From: Paramecium tetraurelia
Lineage: Eukaryota
Assembly (NCBI GenBank): GCA_000165425.1
Contig: CT868071.1
Location: 118,787 to 138,786, forward strand
Direction: 5' to 3'
DNA length: 20,000 nt
In this document: piece after piece, positions 11,120 through 20,000 of the stretch
How positions within the stretch are numbered: the stretch's first letter is position 1
How the letters are laid out: each line of letters starts with the position of its first letter
Position numbers and translations under genes: made by a program
The notes under the pieces: generated by a model
Seen by the model: only the letters and a program-made list of their open reading frames with translations
What the model was told of the DNA's origin: nothing
The model's database searches: none

Positions 11120-12144
11120 ATGATTAATTTACCTGTTGATGTCGATGTCTAGATGATCCAAAAAAATAAGCTTTTCTAAAAATTTATGCAATAATAATAG
11201 CAGGAAACATAAGCATAAAACCCTCAAATTTAATAGAAAATACACAATAAATCCAATCATGATTCAATAGAGGATTAAAAATATTCTCACGAGAAAATGG
11301 AAGAAAGTTCTATCTATTAGGATTTTGCTAACTTTGCTAAAGCTACTAATTACAAGCAATCGTCACCTTATAATTATCATAAGTAGCAATTTCAATAAAT
11401 TCCATAATTGAATTAAAATTCTGGAAGCAATAATACTTAAGAAATAAAGGATTTATAATTGAAAAACAAATCGCTTCTTTAGTAGAATTCTATTTTATAG
11501 TAATCCTTGTTAGATCTTTAGCAAGCTATACATAGACAAACAATTGATTTAGATTTACAGAAAAATGAAATATTAAATTAAAAGAGAGTAGTTTAAGAAT
11601 AACAGATAGAGATAGAGTAATTGAAAAGGTAACTTTCAGAGAAAAGAAACAGTAGTTTAGAGAAAACCAGATAATTTGCAATTATTCAAACTCAATTAAT
11701 ATAATCAAACCAAATGGTAGAAAAACTTATTTCTTAATTGATGAATTAAGAATCACAATTAAGTGTAAATTTTTATGTTATCCATAGTTGTATCGACAAA
11801 CTTAGATTAATTTCCCAAAAATAGATAATTTATAATTGAATGTAGACTAAAATAAATCAAATTTGATAAATGCATAAAATCTTCTTAGCAATCCATCATC
11901 GGTAGCATAACCTTATTCAGCTCAATATCAATAACAATCATAATCATAAATGCCTCACAATACAACATAATAATAATAATAATAATAATCATAACAATCA
12001 TACCAAATACAATAATAATAGATTTAAATTTCATAGTAGTAATAAAATCCAAATCCTGTGAGTATGCCAACAAAATAATAGTTATAGTAGGATGCTGATA
12101 CATCGTATGAAAGATATTTAATGCATAAAAGAGGAAGACATTGA
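11120..12144 (+). CDS. Gln-rich coiled-coil hypothetical protein, 333 aa
   Basis: ATG 11120, intron 11765-11787, 334 codons, central heptad-like region and polyQ C-terminal region. Confidence 0.75.
11968..11988 (+). repeat. (TAA)7 microsatellite encoding polyglutamine
   Basis: Seven in-frame TAA codons inside the CDS at 11120-12144. Confidence 0.8.
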
Positions 12145-12212
12145 TTCTATTTGAATGATTTAGTTTATATTTCATTTATGAATTCAAATTATTTTTCATT
12201 ACTTTTATAAAA

Positions 12213-14396
12213 ATGAGTTTATAAACGAGATCAATGGAAAGAACATCAGCCGGCGAAAAATAACAAACTTGGCAATAATATAGAATTTTTATAGAGGAAA
12301 TGAATACATTAATTGGATCAGCTTTAGTGGAGGAATTTAGAAATGATAATGAAAACGATATTAATCCAAATATCATTGTTGGGAATGGAGAAAGTTTACC
12401 CAGAGGAGCTACTAAATTAATTAATGCTGCAGATCCAAAAGAATTAGGCCAAATAGTATTAGATAGTGATATTGTAATATTTCATCAGAATTATTGCAGA
12501 GCAGAATATGCTTATAAATTATTAAAGCATGGGTAATTCTAGTAGTCGAAAATCTTTATATTAATAAGTAATCCTCTGACATGGTCTACAACACCATTAA
12601 AAGATAGAAAAAATGATGAAACTGCTATGAGATAGTCTATGGGAGGGGATGCAGATGATCAACCATTTTTGAAAAAGTATGATAAATTTACAGAAAATGA
12701 TCTCCCTACAAGAAAAATACATTTCTTAGAAAGATTAAAGAATTTAGAGCAATAAATAATAGTTTGCGATAAACCTTAATTGCATGCATACGTAATAACT
12801 CCAGGGTTAGTATATGGAAATGGAGAGGATATTTTATATGACTTATTTAAAACTGCATGGATGACACCAGATGCAGAATTGCCAATTTATGGAGATGGAA
12901 ACAATATTATCCCTATGATTCATGTTAATGATTTAGCCAATATAGTAAATAAAACAGTTACATTAACCCCAAATGAAAAGTATATTTTTGCAGTTGATTA
13001 TGAAAATATGACTTAGAAGAAACTAGTAACTACTATTGCTAAATCTGTCGGAAATGGTCTTACAAAGAATGTCACAACTCCTACTGAAAAGATGTTAACC
13101 ATAAATATTTGGCTTAGACCAACCTAAGTATTTGAGTCAGAGGATCAATATATTGATGCTAAGAAAAACCCTATAATAATATGGCAATGCAAAGAAGGAT
13201 TTGCAAAAAATATTTTAAAAATTAGGGAACAGTTTAAACTCTATAGAGGTTTAGATACTGTTAAATTAATCGTGCATGGAGGAACAGCTTCAGGAAAATC
13301 AACCCTTTGCAAATAATTAGCCAACTTTTATAGAATTCCTCACATATAGATTAAACCCTTAATTTAAGAATTAATTGAACAATAATCTGAATTAGGAGAA
13401 TTAGTAAGGACTACTTTATAATAAGTAAAAGATCAAATGGTTGCAGAAGCATTAGCCATTTTTGAAGCTGAGAAGAAAAAGAAAAAGGTTCCTAAAGGTT
13501 AACCAGAACCTGTTTTTGATCCCTCGGGCATTTAACCAAGACTTCCTGACTCAGTCTTAATATAAATTTATAAATGGAGATTGGACTAAAATGATGCTTA
13601 AAATTTAGGCTATGTGTTAGATGGTTTTCCTAAAACATTAGAATAATATGAAAAATTATTCGTCAAAGAGGAAGGCTAACTCATTGAATCTATAAAACCA
13701 AAAGGTGTGATTTATTTAGAATACCCAGATGACTAATTAAAAGAAAGATCAAAATTAATTATTGATAATCCTAGATATACAGAGGAGTAAGTAGTCAAAA
13801 GACTGGCTAATTTTAGAAAGAACAATGAATAATTATTATAGTAATATGAGTAATTTGACATAAAACGAATCTCGGATCAAGAAAGTGCTTTTGAATAATC
13901 AAAGGATTTTATTACTAGAAATGGACCTATTTTAGTGTTGCAAGACGTTAAAGAGGAAGAGGTAGTTTAGATTGAAGAATAATAAGATGATTGCACACCT
14001 TCCCATTAGGTTTCTTCTCTTCAACAAGAAAAGGTTGCTGCTGTTTAATAATCATAAGTTCAATAATCCTAAGTAGGACCAAAAAAAAAAGGAGATTAAC
14101 TAAATGTAACTAATTAAATGTATTTTATTTTTAGAAGTCAATCAATGAAAGTAGATTATCAAAGGATAATAAAAAGTTAACAGATGAGCAAAAGCAAGAT
14201 CTTATTAGACAATAGGAAAGGGAACTTTTAGATTAACGAAGTCAACCTTTAAGACAATATTTGGCTGATAACGTTGTTCCATTTTTAACAGAAGGATTAA
14301 TAAATATATGCGAAAAACACCCTGAAAATCCATTATAATTTTTTAGCTGATTTTTTGGAATAAAAAGGAAATGAATTATAATAATTGGGGCAATGA
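12213..14396 (+). CDS. AK7: Adenylate kinase 7-like protein (NAD-epimerase-like N-domain, ADK domain, Dpy-30 motif); +1 frameshift near the 3' end
   Basis: YVITPGLVYGNGE...IYGDGNNIIPMIHVNDLA, P-loop HGGTASGKST, GYVLDGFPKT, Dpy-30 SQPLRQYLADNVVPFLTEGLINICEKHPENPLQ(F)LADFL. Intron 14106-14134. The T6 run at 14339-14344 has one T too many. Confidence 0.9.
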
Positions 14397-14573
14397 ATTT
14401 ATTATAAATAAAATAGTAATTATATTATTTTAATCCAATCAAATATCTTTATTTTAGAAATGAAAATAATAAGAAATATGAAAGGAAGCAGTATGGGATT
14501 GCACTTAAATTTGAATTTATTAATTTGGAAATATGGAAATATAATAACAATTATAAATATATTTTATTTGTTT

Positions 14574-15836
14574 ATGAGTAAAAAATATAAAGACATAAGG
14601 GCAAACTTTGTTTTTGAAGTTGCTCCTAAAAGTACTCACTAATCAAGCGATGAATAGGCTATGACAATAAAACAATCAGACCCAATAAAAATTGATAATC
14701 AGGAATAGGATGTGCAGGGAATGAGTTAATAACGATAATAAAATTTTGATGAGGAAAAGTTGAAATCGTATTAGAAAATGTTTGAAATGTGTCAACAATT
14801 ATATAATGACAAAGCTTAATTAATAGATGTATTATTGTATTTAATTAGAGACAGTCGATTAATAATAGAAATAAATATTAGAACTAGAGAGACAAATTAA
14901 TGGATATGAGAATTTGCAAGCAAATTATGAAAAGGAGTAGATGCAATTAAAAGAGGAATAATAACAATATATTTAAGAGATTGAAACATTGACATGTCAG
15001 TTATAAGTAGTGATGGACTAAAGATAGGATATAAATTAGATATAAAATAATTAGGATGAGACCTATGAATAATTAATGAATTTCATCTATAAGGAAAATC
15101 TTTCTGAGTTGATAAATGATTTGGATAAAAGTAATAAAAAGATGATTGTATTGTTTTTAGTAGAATATGTAAATTGTTGTTTTGATGGTTTAGTTAATTA
15201 ACTAATATGTGTAAAAAAAAAATCAGGAAGAAATCTACTAGATCCATATTTAAGACAATATTTAAATAATTTATGATTTATAAAGTAAAATTTAAGACCT
15301 TACTTATAATCCTTTCAGAATAACTACTCCTAAGAGTGTATTAAGCGACACTTTAAAATAGAGTAAGATGAGCAATAGTGCAAGCAATTTCCATAAAACT
15401 AGTAGTAATAATAATGTTGACAAGGAGGAATTGTAACAAAAGATTGGTATTATGATACTCTTAATTAGCTTCTTTAAAGCGTTAAGGAAAGCAGATAAAT
15501 TAAAAATGGCAAGAGTTTTGTGAAAATATTCTAAGAGAAAGGAATGAAGTAATAAAATACCACAAGAAATAAATTGAATCAATTAATGAGTAGAATATTG
15601 AATTAAAGAAGACTATCTCTGAAATTATACAATATTTGGGATAGAATTAATAAGACTTATGGATTCAAATGTTAGATATTAAATAAAAAATACAATTTAA
15701 GGTTATTGATTTGAGTAGAAGCGACAATGTCAATAAACTATTGGTGGAAGCTGAACTTAAACAATTATTCTCAATATAGGCGTAATTAAGAAGTCAATTA
15801 AATCGTAATAGACCGTTAAGAAAAGATTTATAATGA
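14574..15836 (+). CDS. Hypothetical coiled-coil protein, about 397 aa
   Basis: ATG 14574 (MSKKYKDIRANFVFEVAPK...). Introns 14829-14850, 15169-15193 and 15447-15468 give 398 codons. Confidence 0.72.
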
Positions 15837-15895
15837 ATTATATGCTAAAGAGATAATTGTTGAGTAGTATACGTGTTAATTTTTTATTTTAATTT

Positions 15896-17455
15896 ATGAG
15901 ACTTCTTCATTTGCTTAGACCAGCACTTTCTATCATTCCAGAAGTTCAAGAGCCAAGATTCCCTCAACCACTGAAGGTCAAAGTGCTCATTACAGGAATT
16001 ACTCTCTTTATCTATTTGATTTGCTGCTAAATACCATTATATGGTGTGTACCGTACCTCAGGTATTTTTTCAGGCAAAATGTATTAGGATCTGATCCATT
16101 CTATTGGATGAGAGTAATCTTGGCTTCAAATAAAGGGACTTTGATGGAATTGGGTATTTCACCAATTGTAACATCTGGAATGATTTTATAATTCCTAAGT
16201 GGAGTAGGATTTATTGAGGTTAATCATTCTGTTAGAGAAGACAAGGTATTATTCAATGCAGCATAAAAATGTAATTCTAATATCAAATTTTAGTATTGTC
16301 CTTTATTATGGCAATAGCTGAAGGAATGGCTTACATCTGGTCTGGTGCATATGGTGACATAAATCAAATTGGAGCAGGGAATGCCATTCTCATTTTGTTA
16401 TAATTAACATTTGCTGGTGTTATTGTTACAATGTTAGATGAAATGCTATAAAAAGGATATGGTACAATATAAAAATTTAAATCTTTTAGGATTGGGATCT
16501 GGTATTTCATTATTTATCGCAACTAATGTAAGTGAAAACATTCTCTGGAAATCTTTTTCACCTATTACATTGTCCACTGAAGCTGGAACTCAATTTGAAG
16601 GTGCAATTATTAATTTCTTTCATTTACTATTCACAAAATAAAATACACGTAAAATTAATGTAATTGTTTAGTTTAAGCACTTTATTATGCATTCTTCAGA
16701 GAATCAGCTCCAAATCTTAATAATTTATTAGCCACTCTATTTGTGATCTCATTGGTTATTTATTTGCAAGGTTTTAGAGTAGAAGTTCCATTAGCAAGCT
16801 AAAAAATTAGAGGATTAGTGTCATCACATGGAATTAAATTGTTTTACACCTCCAATATCCCAATGATTATTCAAAGTACTCTTGTTTAAAATGTTTATTT
16901 CCTTTCATAATTACTCTATAGAAGATTCAAAACCAATTTCTTTGTGAAATTGCTTGGTACATGGTAAGAGGCAGAATTCGGTGGTTAATCAGTACCTATT
17001 GGAGGATTGGCTTATTATATGTCACCATTAAGAGATGTTAAGGATATTATTAATGATCCAATTCATGCAGTTGTTTATGTGTTATTTGTTGTTTTTATGT
17101 GCGGTTTCTTTGCTAAATTTTGGATTCAAATTTCAGGAGAAAGTGCCAAAGATGTTGCTAGAAAATTCAAAGATGAATAAGTATTAATTAAAAATGAAAA
17201 AAGATTAAAATTAAAGGATTGAGAGAAGAATCAATGGTCAAATATTTATCAGGTTATATTCCAGTGGCAGCTTTTTGTGGAGGAGTTTGCATAGGATTAT
17301 TGACTATTGTTGCTGATATTTTGGGTGCTATAGGATCAGGTAAATTTTTAATTTTTATTAACTCAGGAACTGGAATTTTGTTGGCAGTAACAATTATTTA
17401 TGGGTATTTTGAAACATTTCATAAAGAAAAATCTGATAATCAATCCATATTTTGA
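15896..17455 (+). CDS. SEC61A: Protein translocon Sec61 alpha subunit, 469 aa
   Basis: [89 protein letters not shown]. Six introns: 16062-16087, 16271-16293, 16462-16489, 16649-16671, 17181-17203, 17340-17366. Confidence 0.97.
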
Positions 17456-18420
17456 TCAATAGCAGTTTATCTATATTTATGTATAAATCTTATAGTAATT
17501 TATTGAAAAAATGATATTATTTATGTTTTTGCATGATTAATTTAATATAGTTTGGATACTTGAACGTCTTTGACAAACTATATTTTCTAAAAATCGTCTA
17601 TATTTGATCGATTAAATATTCTATCCTCTTAACAAAAACCGAATAAGGAACCATATATCAGAAATTCAGTCATAGTTAGATATGCATTCGCAATTACTGA
17701 TGAATTATTAATTTAGAAATACAGTAATTCTTTATTTTAGTTTCCTCTTTTTTCAAGGTATTATTTATAATTGATTTTCTTAATTACACGATTTATTAGG
17801 CTATATGAATTCAGATAAATACAAAATTGATTCTATATTCAAATAATATTTATAAGTTCATGCATCATAAATGAATTGAAATAAATAATTATTTCTAATA
17901 CTGAGTTTTAATTTGATTATTAAAGTAATTTGAATCAAAAGGTTTTGCATATGTGATAATTTTATATTATTTTTATTTCCAAATATGGGATGGGAATACT
18001 TTAATTGATATCAAGGCTAGATAATTCAAACGAATTTGACTTCTATTATAAATAATTTCGGCTATTCTAAATTGCGAAAGAGCACGTTTTTAGTCTATTA
18101 AAGTCATTCACAAAAATATGCCCTATATAATTCTAATCATCTTAGATTTTCAATTTATGCTAAACTCTGTAATAAGGGATTAACAATATTCGTAGTTGTT
18201 TCCATGATTACTACAATTAAAGTATTTTCATTAAGCTCTTATTGATGTAGTGTAATATATTTAATTCTGCTGGCTGTTTCAAAGCGTTTAAAATTGCTGT
18301 GGTAGAGAGGAAACGATAAACCTTCTATTCTGTTAGACAATATCCAAACAAAATCTATATTATGAATTTTTATATAGAGAACATATAAAATTTGATTCAA
18401 ATTAATATTTAATAGAGTTA

Positions 18421-18620
18421 CAAGCTAGAATCTTCTGTATTTGTCTAAATTGCATAATTTATATGACTTCAAAAGCATCTTATATTTTATTCATTTTATA
18501 TATAAAATAATTTTCTATAAAGTATTTGCTAAGAAAGTATTCTTATTATAAATCTTTGCTGAAGTAATATCACTTTTCTGTATTATTCTTAATAGCTGAA
18601 TCATAATTTTCTAAAACCTT
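18421..18620 (-). pseudogene. Degenerate TPR-repeat gene relic
   Basis: The minus strand reads VLENYDSAIKNNTEK*YYFSK / ANTL / KMNKIQDAFE / NYAIQTNTEDSS across frameshifts and a TGA. This resembles, from memory, the Paramecium TPR unit ALENYDSAIQKNPENSDYY..KANTL.KMNRFEEAL. Confidence 0.5.
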
Positions 18621-18907
18621 CTCTCACAAATGAAGTAAGGACAATTGCAAACTACTTCTAAGCAAAGTCAGCAAGAAATGTTTGATCACTAATTAATAAT
18701 AATGTATCATAACTTCATCCAGGTGTTGAAATAAAATATGGTTGACCAAGCTTTTACAATACTTTATAAAAAATTAGAAGGTTTTGAGTATTTCAAAATT
18801 AAAAAATTTGATACTTCTTAACTATTCCCTCATTATTTTTTCGAATAATTTTACATTTAAAGGAGGGTATTTAACAAAATATTTTATTAATTAAATCACC
18901 TTAAATT

Positions 18908-19906
18908 ATGCATCATCAAATAAATGAGAATTGTGTCAGTTCTCACACTAACAGAAAGAAGACTAAAGTGTAGATATTAAATAAAATAAAAAGAGGGAGT
19001 TCAATGGACTTGTAATAAAGTCACTTTTCAATTAAATCAAATACCACGTAAACTGCATCTTCTAGCAATGAGATGAAATTAAGAAGAAGAAGTTTTTCTA
19101 ATTTTATTTCTAATTAATATTTAGATTCAATAGAAAAGAGCCAAAGAACTAAAAAGATAGTTTAAATCAGCTCTTTTATAAAAATTAGAAAGACCAAATG
19201 ATAGTAACTCATAATCAAATTAAAATAACTCAAAATAAAATAACCCAAATCAATAAAATGAGTTTGATGAGAAAGAGAATGATATTTGCAAAACGAGAAA
19301 AGATGAAGTAAAATTAGAGAATTTCAGAAGTTTTTAGTCAGATATTCTTTAGTTGGAAGCCTTGTATAATTGGCTTTCGAATTTGGATTTCAGGTATCTG
19401 CTCCTTTCTAACTTCCCCCTCTTCTAAGCTACTATATTGCTTCTTTGATCTTTTATAGAAGTGATCTGCAGGAACTATTTCTTCAATATGTGTAATTCTT
19501 TAAGAAGGATGAGTATTATACAAAATTAATGGATATGTAAAGTTAATATTTTCAATAACAACTCAATCATTAATGCTTTTCCTAACTTATATTCCATAAT
19601 GTTCCAAGGCGACAATATTTTAGCGAGGACATTTTTGTAGATTATCTGGATAAAATTATTGTTGGTATGAAATTAGATTATAAAATTCTTTTGGAAGATT
19701 TTATCACGTACTTTGAATTGTTTAACCTTTAAAAGAATAAAATAGCAGCATCTTTAAGCGATTTATATGCATTTAGAAAAAATGACATAGCATTCGGAAA
19801 TATACGATTTGTATCCTAATAAAAGGATGGATTGCTAATTGATTTTAAACAACCAATAGGAAAATTTTAAGATATATAATTTATAGAACATTTGGTTTTA
19901 AGATGA
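18908..19906 (+). CDS. Hypothetical protein, about 310 aa, with one apparent +1 frameshift (gene or young pseudogene)
   Basis: ATG 18908, candidate introns 19092-19124 and 19394-19428, long open 3' exon ending FIEHLVLR* at 19906. Spliced length is 3n+1, and removing one A at 19076-19078 gives NEMNQEEE/IQQKRAKELKRQFK. Confidence 0.55.
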
Positions 19907-19922
19907 CTTTGGCAAATAAGTA

Positions 19923-20000
19923 TCATAAACTGAACCATTCCAATATTTTTATAAATACCATTCTGAACCTCATAGTGAAAGGACTTTGATTTTGTCTCTT
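19923..20000 (-). CDS. Possible 3' end of a convergent gene extending beyond the window
   Basis: The minus strand reads ...RQNQSPFTMRFRMVFIKILEWFSL* ending 16 bp from the neighbouring stop. Too short to verify. Confidence 0.3.
   Translation of the reverse strand, partial: KRQNQSPFTMRFRMVFIKILEWFSL

Noticed and set aside
3826..15582. ORF-track entries at 3826, 5458, 6451, 8416, 11885, 12176 and 15304
   Set aside because: Antisense or off-frame to well-supported code-6 genes, so artefacts of using the standard code.
17990..18466. 159-codon code-6 ORF on the + strand (MGILQLISRLDNS...)
   Set aside because: With a single stop codon such ORFs arise by chance. It has no recognisable motif and overlaps the TPR relic on the other strand.
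1..20000. CRISPR arrays, transposases, tRNA or rRNA genes, prokaryotic operons
   Set aside because: None seen. The sequence is eukaryotic ciliate DNA almost fully explained by intron-containing genes.

Overview
AT-rich, very gene-dense eukaryotic DNA from a ciliate macronuclear genome, most likely Paramecium. It uses genetic code 6 (TAA/TAG = Gln, TGA the only stop) and has tiny 21-35 nt introns, so the supplied standard-code ORF track is largely fragmentary or spurious. Manual retranslation gives about 14 genes: a formin (-, runs off the left edge), a pseudokinase-MORN protein, a class 3 lipase, ATG8, RPL37, NAC-beta/BTF3, an AK7-like adenylate kinase with a Dpy-30 motif, Sec61-alpha and several hypothetical, mostly coiled-coil or Gln-rich proteins. 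There is also a decayed TPR relic in a gene-poor interval. The most notable anomalies are an ATG8 whose frame is restored only by removing a 24-nt GT..TG (also TA-bounded) segment containing an in-frame TGA, single +1 frameshifts in AK7 and in the last hypothetical gene, and a stopless 3n intron in Sec61-alpha. I found no mobile element, CRISPR array, RNA gene or clearly novel multi-gene system.
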